DNA of 64,000 nt from Savitreella phatthalungensis (lineage: Eukaryota): assembly GCA_051599415.1 (NCBI GenBank), contig AP039697.1, forward strand, positions 1 through 64,000, given 5' to 3'. Positions within the stretch are counted from its first letter, which is position 1; each line of letters opens with the position of its first letter. The position numbers and the translations under genes are program-made. Under the pieces are notes generated by a model. That model saw only the letters and a program-made list of their open reading frames with translations. It did not search any database and was not told where the DNA came from. This document shows positions 29,488 through 40,939 of this stretch, in pieces.

Positions 29488-31452
29488 ATGTCTTTCCTGG
29501 CTGTGGCTGCTCTTGCGGCGCTCGCAGGTTCGGCGCAGGCTCAAACATTCCGCCGTCTCGGTGGATGCCCTACACTCGGCTGCATCTTCCCACCTGACCA
29601 GGCAAATTTCATTCCCGGTGGACACTTTGACCTCCGGCTTGAGGTGCACGCTCCCCTCAACGGTAGCGAGGCCTTCAATGGTGGCACACCCGACCGAAAC
29701 TTCACAATCTTCATTGGCAAGCAGGGACAAACGCCCGTACCTGCCCAGCAGTTCTTCGCTACCCAGCAACAGCCAGCCCTTGAACAGTGGTCTTTCAACT
29801 ACTACGAGGACCTTTACGCGGAGGCCGCGAAACGTGCTACCCGCGTCAATGTGGCGTCACGTGCTTACCGCTATGTCTCAATCAATGAGCCGGGTACATA
29901 CATCGCCCAGCTTCGTTACTACAATGGCACCACTACGAACGCCACATGGCATGTTGTCTCGCCTCCTACCCCACGAAGGCGGGCAAAGAACGTTATCTTC
30001 TTCATCGGCGATGGCATGACAACAAATATGATCACAGCCGCACGACTAATCGGGCATCCCTCAGTCAATGGTATCTACCAGAGCAAACTCGCTTTGGATA
30101 CAATGGAATACCTGGGTCACTCCATGACCCACTCCTTGGACACTTTCATCACCGACTCGGCCAACTCGGCAACAGCGCTCTACACAGGTCATAAGTCTTC
30201 TGTTGATGCACTGGGCGTCTACGGCGACTCATCGCCATCCACTCTCGATGATCCAAAAGTTGAGACTATCGTTGAACTCTTCAAGTCGCTGCGTCGCGGC
30301 ACTTCGCAGGTTGGCATCGTGTCCACAGCGTTCCTCGCAGACGCGACTCCAGCTGCGCTGACCGCCCACACTCGCCAGCGTGGCGACTACCAGACTGTAC
30401 TTGAACAGTATCTCTATGGTGTCGGTGTCAATTACACTTGGACCAATTATACATCACCGGATTACATCGCAGGAGCTGGTGCAGAGAACTTCTTGAAGGG
30501 CGGTTCGATCTCGAACTCTTCCTTCTACTCCCAATTCGCTTCAAAGGGCTACCAGGTCTTGCTGAACCAGACTTCTCTAATGCGCTCGTCTAACACGACG
30601 CGCACGCTCGCAGTCATGTGCCAGAGCAACCTCAACAAGTGGCTGGACCGCAATGTCTACCGCCAGAACCTCATCGGCATGAAGAACGATCCCGCAGGCG
30701 GATCTGGCGATGCACTCGACCAGGCCGGTCTCCTCAATATGACAATCAAGGCCATCGACGTCCTGAACGCCCGTGACACGAACAAGGACGGATTCTTCCT
30801 CATGTCGGAGGCTGCCTCGATCGACAAGATGATGCACGTCCTCGACTACGACCGTGCTCTCGGTGAACTACTCGAGCTTGACCAGACAGTGAATGCCACC
30901 ATGCGTCATTTGCGTCGCCTCGGCATAGAGAACGACACCCTGATCGTTGTTACGGCGGATCACGGTCACGGCTTTGACGTTTTCGGCAATGCTGACACTC
31001 GTTACCTTGCAGATGCAAAGACTGACCGTCAGAAGCGTCAGGCGATCGGCAACTACGAACGCTCAGGTCTTGCCACAGGCCAGTACATCGCTGTCGGTTC
31101 GAACGCAGGCTTCCCAACGAATTGGAATCCGCGTTACACCCTGGCACAAGGCTTCGGAGCACACCCCGATGTGCGCGAGGACTACTCTGTCAAGCAGAAT
31201 GTCACGGGCGGCTCGCGTCTGCCTGCCGTGGCTAGCGCCAACGGCACCTCTGACTACATTGTCAACCCGCGTGACTCGCCTAATGGCTTTGTCACAAACG
31301 GCACTCTGCCAGTCTCTGCGCCCCAGGGCGTCCATTCGCTTACTGACGTCCCCGTTTATGCGACAGGACCCGGCGCCGAGCTCTTTTCCGGCACAATGAA
31401 TAACATCGAGGTCTTCCAGCGCATGGTTGGTGCGCTGCAGCTTCGCAAGTGA
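29488..31452 (+). CDS. Secreted alkaline phosphatase with N-terminal extension
   Basis: Signal peptide; FIGDGM, TDSANSAT, ADATPA, EAASIDKMMH, TADHGH, GVHSLTDV; TATAAAAG ~90 nt upstream. Confidence 0.93.
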   Translation: MSFLAVAALAALAGSAQAQTFRRLGGCPTLGCIFPPDQANFIPGGHFDLRLEVHAPLNGSEAFNGGTPDRNFTIFIGKQGQTPVPAQQFFATQQQPALEQWSFNYYEDLYAEAAKRATRVNVASRAYRYVSINEPGTYIAQLRYYNGTTTNATWHVVSPPTPRRRAKNVIFFIGDGMTTNMITAARLIGHPSVNGIYQSKLALDTMEYLGHSMTHSLDTFITDSANSATALYTGHKSSVDALGVYGDSSPSTLDDPKVETIVELFKSLRRGTSQVGIVSTAFLADATPAALTAHTRQRGDYQTVLEQYLYGVGVNYTWTNYTSPDYIAGAGAENFLKGGSISNSSFYSQFASKGYQVLLNQTSLMRSSNTTRTLAVMCQSNLNKWLDRNVYRQNLIGMKNDPAGGSGDALDQAGLLNMTIKAIDVLNARDTNKDGFFLMSEAASIDKMMHVLDYDRALGELLELDQTVNATMRHLRRLGIENDTLIVVTADHGHGFDVFGNADTRYLADAKTDRQKRQAIGNYERSGLATGQYIAVGSNAGFPTNWNPRYTLAQGFGAHPDVREDYSVKQNVTGGSRLPAVASANGTSDYIVNPRDSPNGFVTNGTLPVSAPQGVHSLTDVPVYATGPGAELFSGTMNNIEVFQRMVGALQLRK

Positions 31453-31712
31453 CAGTCCTTGGACCGTCATTGACATGCAAGCGAGAGTCATGAAAAGTAC
31501 GGCGCGCAATCAGTGTGAATATAATAGAACATTTTAAATTAGATTCTTGTCACGAAGGCTTAGACGGACGTGATCGCTAGGTGATAATTGATTCGCTGCC
31601 AAGACTTTTTCATCCGAACTCGTCGACTTGGATGGCCACGCTTTGCGAGCGCGCAAGGACCATATCAGTGGAAGAGCCGGACTCGCGGCATGTGAAGCAA
31701 TAGATATAGACG

Positions 31713-33221
31713 ATGCCGGATGCGAAGGCTATAGTCACGCTCGTCTTCTTTCTACTTTCCATATTCTTCATCCTCGTTCCCGTGCGAGTTTATCGCGGTC
31801 TCAAGCTCGATCTAGCCACCGCACCTCCCCTGTGCGTGTTGATCCTTTTGGCCTCGACATGCATACCTATCGAAGTGGTATGGGACGGTATCAGAGGCAC
31901 CGATGGCATCAAGCCGTTCAACATCCTGATTTTATTCTTCGGATTGGCCTACATGAGCATATCCCTGGATCTCACAGGGATTCTGCAATCAGCAGCATTC
32001 TGGGTTAGCAATCGGGGCGGCACATCAGGTCACCGGCTTTACCTTTATTTTTTCCTCTTTTCCGTTGTTCTCGCCATCATTCTCGGGAATGATCCGGTCA
32101 TCCTTAGCGGCACGGCTTTCCTCGTCTACTTCACAAAGGTCGCAGAAGTCAAGCCTCTGTCATTTCTCATTGCGGAGTTTGTGGGTTGCAATCTTGGAAG
32201 CATGGTGCTGTTTGTCGGCAATCCGACCAATGTTGTACTCTGCGAAGGCTTCAATCTCGGCTACATTGACTTCTCCGCATGGACACTGCTTCCCTTCCTC
32301 TTCTCCACAGCTGTAGGCTATGCTGCTCTGCTGGGTCAGTTTCACAGACGGATACCGAAGACCATCATTGCGCCAGAATTGGATCCGCGTTCAGTACTGA
32401 TAGATCCCACTGGCGCCATCGTGGGGAGCGTGATGATTCTTTCATGCCTTATCCTCATCATTGGCGTGTCGTTTGCTGGCGTCGAAGTCTGGGAGATCGC
32501 TTTGCCTTTCGCAGTCGCCAAAGCCTTGTGGGACGTGGCGTGGGATCTGTATCGTTCCAGGCGAGGAACAATGCCGGAAAACATCGAGCTCAAAAGTCGA
32601 GTCAAGGGGGACGCCCCGGTGAGCACGACGCAAGAACGCGCTCCTGGAGTTGTCAGAAAGCTCAGGGAAGCATTGCAGCGCTTTCATTGGCGCATGCTGA
32701 AGACGACACCGACTTTCACGACAGCGTTCTGTCGCTTACCCTTTCCGCTGCTGTCATTTACTTTCTCGCAATTTATGCTCGTCGAAGCTCTCGTATATCG
32801 AGGCTGGACAGCCATTTTCGCAGGATGGCTCTCGCACTTAACAATCAACGTTCCAGCAACCATATTCTCAGTGGGCTTCATCTCGATTGTGCTGTGTGCT
32901 CTGGCAGGTACAAATATTTTGTCCACCATCCTCGTCACTAAGTTGCTACAGCAGGCTCCACAAGCTCTAGATGATCGCCGAATGCGTGCAGCTAGCATTG
33001 CCCTCGCCGTGGGCAGTAACGTGGGTGCGATCAATGCCGTGTTCAGTGCAAGCCTCGCCGGCTTGCTGTGGCGGACGATTTTGCGGCAGAAGGCCATTCA
33101 CATGCGCACACGCGATTTTGCGAGATGGAACATGGGCATCCTGCCCATCGTGAGCTTCGTAGGTCTCTGCATCGTCTGGGCCGAGGTGGCAGTGTATTAC
33201 GGCAAAATACATCCAGCCTAG
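31713..33221 (+). CDS. ArsB/NhaD/CitM (IT superfamily) anion permease
   Basis: SISLDLTG, GNDPVILSGT, NLGSMVLFVGNPTN, SNVGA, SASLAGLLW. Confidence 0.85.
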   Translation: MPDAKAIVTLVFFLLSIFFILVPVRVYRGLKLDLATAPPLCVLILLASTCIPIEVVWDGIRGTDGIKPFNILILFFGLAYMSISLDLTGILQSAAFWVSNRGGTSGHRLYLYFFLFSVVLAIILGNDPVILSGTAFLVYFTKVAEVKPLSFLIAEFVGCNLGSMVLFVGNPTNVVLCEGFNLGYIDFSAWTLLPFLFSTAVGYAALLGQFHRRIPKTIIAPELDPRSVLIDPTGAIVGSVMILSCLILIIGVSFAGVEVWEIALPFAVAKALWDVAWDLYRSRRGTMPENIELKSRVKGDAPVSTTQERAPGVVRKLREALQRFHWRMLKTTPTFTTAFCRLPFPLLSFTFSQFMLVEALVYRGWTAIFAGWLSHLTINVPATIFSVGFISIVLCALAGTNILSTILVTKLLQQAPQALDDRRMRAASIALAVGSNVGAINAVFSASLAGLLWRTILRQKAIHMRTRDFARWNMGILPIVSFVGLCIVWAEVAVYYGKIHPA

Positions 33222-33231
33222 AAAGCTACTA

Positions 33232-34992
33232 TCATACAGATGCCTCGCTGCCGTTCGTACCGAACATCACGAACAAATCGTCAAAGTGGCCTCCAAGTGT
33301 GTCGTAAAACCCCTGTCTCGCAGAACGAAGCATTTGCTGCTGCGAAGGCTGATGCAGCGGATGTACATCAGGTGTGACGCTGACATCATCCTCGGGCGAA
33401 ATTGAGTCGATTACAGCATCTTGCTTGGTGGCTGGCGACATACTCGATGTAGTTGGCGACTGTGAGTAGACTCTAGAGTGGAGCTGCGGCTGAGGTTGGT
33501 GAAAATTCTGCTGTTGCTGCTGCTGCTGTTGCAGTTGAAGGGCAACCGAATCCTCCGTTATGAGGCTATGAACTTTGTCCAGCAGCATCGGCAGATAGGG
33601 ATTATGCTCCTTGCGCAGCTGCGAGACGAGTTTCACTAATGCTTGGAGCAGGTCCTGCGGACCGAAGCCGTGATACGAATGGGAGGATGCCGGCGTCGAC
33701 GGGCTCGCAGGAGGCACTGGTACAACTTGAATGAGATCAGCAAGGGTGGTCGCGATATCGTAGAACTTCTCGAGCATTGAATGCCCATGCACCTCGAAGG
33801 ACTCGCCACCGAGGAATTCCAGATTTTCAAGCAGATCTCGTGCTACCTTGATCGGATATAGCAGGCCCAAGTCTGCGTCTTGTGGCAGATAGGTCAGAAG
33901 CGAATGCTGTAGCGCGAGATGATATATCTTGATCAGCAACCACTGCTGATTGACGAGTAGGTCCGCGACCATTGCTTCCGGGAAAGACTTTGGGAAGTTC
34001 TGGAAATAGGCATACGGTGGACATGCCTCCACGACGGCGCGGTGCAATCCTAGAACATAATTATCGGGGTCTGCATATGGCAGCGTGCCACAGTCGCGAT
34101 AACTAGAGTACACTCGATCGAACGGTGTGAAGAGCGAATTGAGGATCTGAAAACCCCGTTGTAGAGGATCTGTGGTGTCGAGCGATGGAAAGCCGATACT
34201 GTGGTCCAGGGTCACAGGAACGTTGCGATGAATGCAACATGCTCGCTCTGAGATGGACATCAAATAATAAAGCAGACGCCAACGCTGCGCGTCATCTCCC
34301 TTATACGCGGTCTCGCAATGTAGGCCAAGCATCTGTATCAGTGTGCACGCCTCGCGCAAATAGTACCAACCCCTGAGGTCGCGTTCTTGCTGGAAGCACG
34401 CGACTGAGAGATAGAAAGAAGTCAGAACCGTCTCTAGATCTGGCTCGGTCACTTCTGTCATTGAGCGGGCCCGTTTTGCAGCTTTTAGCAGTCTATGCGA
34501 CAATTGGACTGGGGTCAGTCGACCGGTATCTGATTCGAAAATCTCGCTACTGGTGCACTGATAGATCGCAACTGCACATAGCGCAGCTAAAAGGCTGTAC
34601 TTTTTAGGAGAGTCTTGGAAACCTGCCACCATCCGATTGAAGGAGGCCAGATCATAGATGATGTTAATTGGGAAACACTGCTCGAAGAACGCCTTGACGC
34701 AGTGATAGACGAGAGAGGTAGACAGAAGCTTCGTGTCAAGCGCTCCAGACGAGTTCCGTGACATCTCCATTTGCTCCTCGATAGGTGCACGTCGGAGGTG
34801 ATGGAGTACCTTACTACGGCTCTTGACGCGATTTGCCGTGATGAAGGCGCATTGTATACCTGACTGTGAGCACGCCGTGCATGGCGATTTCTTGTCGCAC
34901 TTGATTTTCCTTTTGCGGCAGGCTAGACATGCTGTGCGCACCTCGTTTGAACCCACTTGCGCGGGCACGGTAGCTGATGCGCCAGTCATCAT
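33232..34992 (-). CDS. Zn(II)2Cys6 transcription factor, Suc1/AmyR-like, with polyQ tail
   Basis: ACLACRKRKIKCDKKSPCTAC...C; WYYLREA, ADLLVNQQWL, EVHG..MLEKFYDIA. Confidence 0.9.
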   Translation of the reverse strand: MMTGASATVPAQVGSNEVRTACLACRKRKIKCDKKSPCTACSQSGIQCAFITANRVKSRSKVLHHLRRAPIEEQMEMSRNSSGALDTKLLSTSLVYHCVKAFFEQCFPINIIYDLASFNRMVAGFQDSPKKYSLLAALCAVAIYQCTSSEIFESDTGRLTPVQLSHRLLKAAKRARSMTEVTEPDLETVLTSFYLSVACFQQERDLRGWYYLREACTLIQMLGLHCETAYKGDDAQRWRLLYYLMSISERACCIHRNVPVTLDHSIGFPSLDTTDPLQRGFQILNSLFTPFDRVYSSYRDCGTLPYADPDNYVLGLHRAVVEACPPYAYFQNFPKSFPEAMVADLLVNQQWLLIKIYHLALQHSLLTYLPQDADLGLLYPIKVARDLLENLEFLGGESFEVHGHSMLEKFYDIATTLADLIQVVPVPPASPSTPASSHSYHGFGPQDLLQALVKLVSQLRKEHNPYLPMLLDKVHSLITEDSVALQLQQQQQQQQNFHQPQPQLHSRVYSQSPTTSSMSPATKQDAVIDSISPEDDVSVTPDVHPLHQPSQQQMLRSARQGFYDTLGGHFDDLFVMFGTNGSEASV

Positions 34993-36400
34993 ACTAATTC
35001 CGCCGACCAGCTACGACATTTCATGCTGTCGAGGTCGAACGCACGTCGTTGTTCTTGCGGACTTGTACGGAGATTGAAGCCGTGTGTGATCTGTATCGCT
35101 GGATCAGTCACCGTCAACTGGCGCAGGTGTCGCCGCGCCGATAATCAAGACACGGACGCGATGAGGATCGACCTCGTGCGAGTAGCAGACGTGGGTGGAC
35201 TGAAATCGCATTTGCTGCATCTTTCCAATTGAAAGCACCCTCCCTTGCTAGCGGCACACTTTGCGGAGCTACATGGAGAATGGATCTGGCTTGGCAGCTG
35301 GATCTGGCTCAATCTGGGCTGGGCTCAGGTGGAGCTGGTAAGTAAAAGAATGACCCCAGGTCAAGTGCCATGTGCGACCTGGGGCCACAAGATGCCACAG
35401 TGCCACAGAATTCTGTCATGAGCCACATCCCTTTGTCAGGGCGCGCCTCAAATCTACTAAATTGATCAGTTGTTTTATTGATCCGTTGGATAGATGTTGA
35501 ACGGTAACTCGCATATTTACCTGAATCGAGACCTGTGGCTTGTGTGGCTCAGCTATCGCACGAACCACACCCTCCAAGATATAAGGCGACTCGCTACACA
35601 GTAGACACTAGTTAATACGATTCACCTTATAACAATAGATCTCCACCCGAAGACCGAGACCCGCTTGTATCTGATCTGCTGTCGACATTTTGCATCTCGA
35701 TTTGGATTATGGATCAGATCGATCAAGCTATGAAATCTTCGAGGTGAATCAAATTCGTTTGCTGTGATTTCTCCAACGATGCAGAGTCATCGGGACTGCA
35801 CCTCTTTGCACATGGGATGCAGGCAGACCTTTGCCCATTACGCAGCTTTGTCAACGCCGCGGCTGGTACAGGTGCTCCTACGTGCTGCACAAATAAGTCG
35901 GAGATGGAGAATTGCTTTGCTTCGAACAACTCATCGATCGATTTTGGACATCCTCGAATCTTCTCCACGTGGTCTGCAGCACGCGATGCAACCCAGATTC
36001 GCTGACTGCGGAACTTCTCAGCAAGTTTGCCCGGACAATCTAGCCGCTCACCGCTGCGACGACGCGGAGTATTCGAGCGTCCAGCCACTGCAAGGTAACA
36101 GCTAGCCGAAGTTACTCCACCTAAGAGGCGGTGAGTGACTCGCCACAGACCCCACCTCCTCTAGCCGATGCCTCACGTGTATTTCGTCTTCGTAGTATCG
36201 ACAAAAAGTCTTAAAGTGAAATGACGTCGCATGATGGTCAAAGAAGTTCAATTCCCGATCGGGAGCAATGTGGTTCTTAGAGACCGGGGTTCAAAATTTT
36301 GAAGAAACGATATTCGCATTTGGCAGAGCTACGTTTGAAGCAGAAGAAAGGGATAAAGAAAAGGATGTCTCACTTGGATTTTGTCCACGCGATACGTCGC

Positions 36401-36970
36401 TTAGGCGTTGACAGTAGGAGATGGGCTGTTGGTGAGGGGAACAGCCGTCAAAGTGATGGCATTGCAGTTGTCGTTCGTACCCTGCGGAACCTGTGTGCCA
36501 GTGTACAGCTTGTAGGCGTTGCCCTGCGGGTCATTCTTGCAGGCGTACCAAGTGCTCGTTCCCTGGTAGGTGAGGAGCGAGTTGGTGCAGAGACCAAAGC
36601 CAGAGGCTGTGGATGTGACATAAGGGTTGTCCTGGAATTGACCGGCAGAGCTGATCTCGGCAACACGGCCGGCAAAGTCACGAAGCTGTCCCGTAGCGAA
36701 GTGGAAGATAGCCTGGGGTGAGGTCTGGCCATTGTCACCCGTGTTGCAGTAGGTGACACCAGGCGCTGGTCCTGTGTACAGCTGTCCGTCGGCCTCAGCA
36801 GCCACGAAGGTCCCATCGCTTGATCGCAGGTAGAAGTCGGCGCCATAGCCAATGGCGGACGCGGAGCACGCAGGGTACTTGCTCGGGTCCAGGTCAGACT
36901 GGCCAATGCCACGAGCAGAGAGCATAGGCGAGGCCATGGCGGTGGCAATGAGGCTAGCGATGAAGAGCAT
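36401..36970 (-). CDS. Small secreted cell-wall protein, Pir/Cis3 C-terminal-domain-like
   Basis: Signal peptide, DGQ/NGQ motifs, GQLRDFAGRVAEISSAGQFQ, WYAC...YKLY...C pattern; strong codon bias. Confidence 0.75.
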   Translation of the reverse strand: MLFIASLIATAMASPMLSARGIGQSDLDPSKYPACSASAIGYGADFYLRSSDGTFVAAEADGQLYTGPAPGVTYCNTGDNGQTSPQAIFHFATGQLRDFAGRVAEISSAGQFQDNPYVTSTASGFGLCTNSLLTYQGTSTWYACKNDPQGNAYKLYTGTQVPQGTNDNCNAITLTAVPLTNSPSPTVNA

Positions 36971-39900
36971 GATGTGAGTGTGAGTGTGTTTGTATTGAGG
37001 GCTCGTTGGAAGACTTGGTTTGATGTTCTATCTTAGCAGGGGCGAGCGGGCTTCTTATAGACGTTTTCCGAGCCGGATGGGAGTCGTCATCGGCAACAGA
37101 CATAGAGGCCGCACGTCCAAGTGGGCGTGCTCTGGGCCCGTCCGCTTGGTCTTGGGCACGATGCCAGCCGCAGACATGCTGAGAATGACACGAACCCCGG
37201 CGCGGCTCGCGAGATCAGCTGGGAAAGGTCGTATACGACATCGCAGAGAAGTGGTCATGGACGGCTCGCCGAATCTCTCTTTCTCTCTTTGTCTAATGCT
37301 TCACTCGACCAGGGAAGAGCAGTATCGTGCAAGGATCCATTGCGGACTAAAAGATTCAAATTCGAGCACTGTAGCGCACTGAAAATTGCGCCCGCAAGCG
37401 ATCATGCTGTTGAACATGCCAGGTGGCAGGTACGATCATCCTGGCAACCTGCTATTGTCCCTAAGAGATGTGATACACCACATTCATTCATGAGCACAAC
37501 GGCAAAATCTGACGACGTTCGTTTGGGACCCTCCTCTACCAGCGGAGAGATCGAGTTGAATGGCATTGATTGGATCGCGGCTGACCGTAGACTTGCCATG
37601 TCTTGTGTCTACCCATCACGGCCCCTCCGGGTGTGTGACGGTGGGGCAGTTTGTGTTGCCTTCAGGGTTGAACTTCGTCGTGGTTGAAGTGAAGTGGCGT
37701 CGTGCATTTTAAGACTTTTTCCAAGAAGTGACCCGATTTCGCAGATCAGCTGGCTGGGAACAAAACTTGACGCGGGGAGCACTCAGCAGTCAACAGAGCT
37801 GAAATAGCCCAAATTGGCAACAACAGTCTAGGATCTTGCTAGCACATGGAAACGTTTTCACATGAAAGTCGAGCAGACGAGAACAAGGTATAACAGGCGA
37901 GGTACCTGGTACCGGACCCTTTGTCATGACAAACAGATTTGTGAATGTTCCGATCGCCTTCGATGTCTCCTATTGTCATGGCTTGGCGGGCAGCGCAACA
38001 ATTCAACAGGTTGTCAGTTGCGCCCGCGTACGTCAGCGGCTTCGTTGCGTTCAATATGAGCAACGGCGATATGAAAGTATGACCAGAGACCTGCAACAGA
38101 TCATCCGCCCAGGCCAGATTCCTTTTCGTGACCAAATTTGACCAAGGTTGCAAGATTTCACTCGGCATGGGTAGACGGCACTGCATGCCACGATCGCATT
38201 GCTAAGCTAGAGACCCAACCAAACATGAAGAATGTAGCCAAAGCTCGTGCGCCGCTTAGTCTAAGGTCGCGTGGCTTTGACAAACCAAGTTGTCTTGTGC
38301 CGGGGCACGCTCCCAATGGCAATGTCGCGCACGAACATCGCATGTGAGGCGGGGTTGAAGCCTGCTGCTATTTTGAGACGATTGCAGCCCTTCAGCTAGC
38401 CCTGAGCCAATTGGTGGTCGCTCTAAGCAGGACGGGTTTGCAAGAGAGGTCAGCTGGCCTAATGGCGGTGTCGATCGCCTAGTCAAGTTGCCATTCTGAT
38501 TTTGCAGTCTGTGACATTCAGACCAATGAAAGCAGCCAGCCCCGTATTCCGTTCAGTGATTTATGTCAAACCCTGCCTGGAATGGCTTGCTTACTTCTGC
38601 GAGTTCACAATATTCAGAGACCCTGCCGTGGAGCTAGCCAGATCGAATTTCCAGGTTGGGTGTCTCAGATTGGCGAATTTCTCTTGTCTCAGTCAAAAGC
38701 AAAATCTGGTAGCAAGCCGCGGAACTAGAGGGTTTGGGCCTCTAATCTCTGTCACTATTCGAAGGCACTCTCAAAGGGGGCTCGACCCATCTGCGCTCTT
38801 CGGTGCAGGAATAGGCGAAACTGTATCCGCGTAGACCGTTCAAGCGTACCCCGCGTTCACAGGGAAACAACACTTCAAGTATGCCAATCAAAATCCGGCT
38901 AAACACATGACGCGGCCGTTGCGAGCAATCCGGGTACCAAAACACATTCCAGATGGGGGCATGGACCACTTGTCGGAGGGAAGCTAGGCGGAATCCCGAT
39001 CACGGACCACGGCAAAGCCTTCAGATTCCTGACTCATGCGCGAGCCATAGATGACTCTGCTCCTTCGCTGCTGACTGCCCAGAAATACTATTGGACAAGG
39101 AGCTCAGCTTCTTGCGCCATAGAGACTTCGATCGCCTGACTCGACTGCCTTGACGGAAGGTCCCATGACCATATCGTATGCGGTTATGCTTGTGTCGCAT
39201 GTCCGGAATGAACTCGCCCACTCGGACACTGTGTCCGCTCGAATCCTTCTTAGGACTCTTCGCCGAGAGTGATTTTGGAGGCTCGTTTCGCCGGCCGTGG
39301 GGCTTCGTTTGCAGGGCATCTTTTGGTGATTCGAAGGTGAAGTCAGCTGCTCATCGCTAATGCGCTCACAATGAGTCTACCAATTGGCAGCGGGCTTTAC
39401 GCTGCGTCCTTGTAGCGTAGCAAAAATGAAGAGCTCAAGCGTCAAGGCGGCCATTCCGGGCATGCAATGTGCCATGTGTGCGTGCGGAAAGGCAAGCAAA
39501 TACCGTTTTACCTGAGAATCGCTACGTCTAAATCCATGGTAGAGCATATGCATTGGAGTGTGTGACACCTGCCTTGCACAATCGCAGGGGCTGACAAAAT
39601 ATCATGATTCTTGAAATGCAACCGCCGATGAGGTGCAAAATGCATGCTCGGCTGAATGGATAAGATCTGCAGATCTAATCGACCATTCCCGCGTTTAAGT
39701 ACGCCATCAGTGAACTACACTCGGATATGCTGATTGTATAAAGCTCTCTCGTCCGATCTGCTGCCATTCAGATGTGGGAACATCAACAATGACACCCTGC
39801 ATCGATGTCAACCTGGTTGTGCATATCGGGTATGACACATTCATCAGTCACGAATCAGTACCACCAATCAATCCGTCGCATTTTGGGAGTTTGGCTCTGC

Positions 39901-40939
39901 TTGAGATGATCCAGATCTTGCATTTGAACTCTCGTCGATACGAACATACCAATATTACCTAGCACGATTCCTAAGGTTGGCGCACGGGAGCTTGGATAGG
40001 GAGATATATATATAATTTATATATATAGCTCCTTATCCCAGCTCCATAGATCTATATACTCAGCTGTGGCCGGAGGGCTGTCAACATCAAGCACGTGTCC
40101 GATGTTGATCAAGTGGCTTGGTTAAGCCTGGTCACTACAAGACGCGAGATCCTCATGCGCAGGCAGGCAGCGCATGACAGGAACCGAGTCCTCTCGGTAC
40201 TGTTGCTATTTACGTCCCTTCATCTGTCACTTTGACGCATCCGGACATGGTGCAGGCGACGGACGGCGCTAGTGCGTGCTGCACTCGATGCCTCTGTAGC
40301 CTAAGTGTTCAAAGGAAAAGTACTGAGCATGAGAAGCAATTTTGAAATTCGTCAGGCTTGATCCATGCTGAAGAGTGCTCCAAGGTGAATTGAACGAATA
40401 GGTCTCAAAGCATCAAGGCAGAGACTTCAAGCTTCACAAAGTCGTAGTCTTGCGATTCAGCCAGTTAAGCCTCGCGCAATCAGGCTCTCGTGCCCGGGTC
40501 GATTGCTCGGGCGACATGACGGAGCTTTCCATGACCGTCGGACAGGGGAGATCACGGTGCAGTCCTGAAACTCTCGTACCAATACTATCGAGTGATCATT
40601 CGTCGAATCCCCACGCACAGACTTGCAGGTGAATTCCTTATGCAATTGGAATAGAGATCAAACTTGAATTCGACCTCTTCCAGGTCTAGCGTCGATCACT
40701 GCCGGGAATTGACAGCGTCACCAACGCAATCCGCGCGATCGTGAGGGCTGGTGGACGCACAAGTTGGTGATTGCGCGTACTTGGGGGTTCTGTAGACGAC
40801 GCGCTCCTTGGCGGCGCAAGGTCGAGAAAGAAATCTTTGTCACGCTCTCTTTTTTTAAGAAAAGTCATCATCACGCCCGCACGCATACAGTCTCTTTCTT
40901 ATTCACTTATTGCTGTCCGCAGATCTCTGTTGAGACAAG

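Noticed and set aside
37121..37687. 188-aa ORF in the large intergenic region
   Set aside because: GTG start, no motif or codon bias, lies in the promoter region of the Pir-like gene
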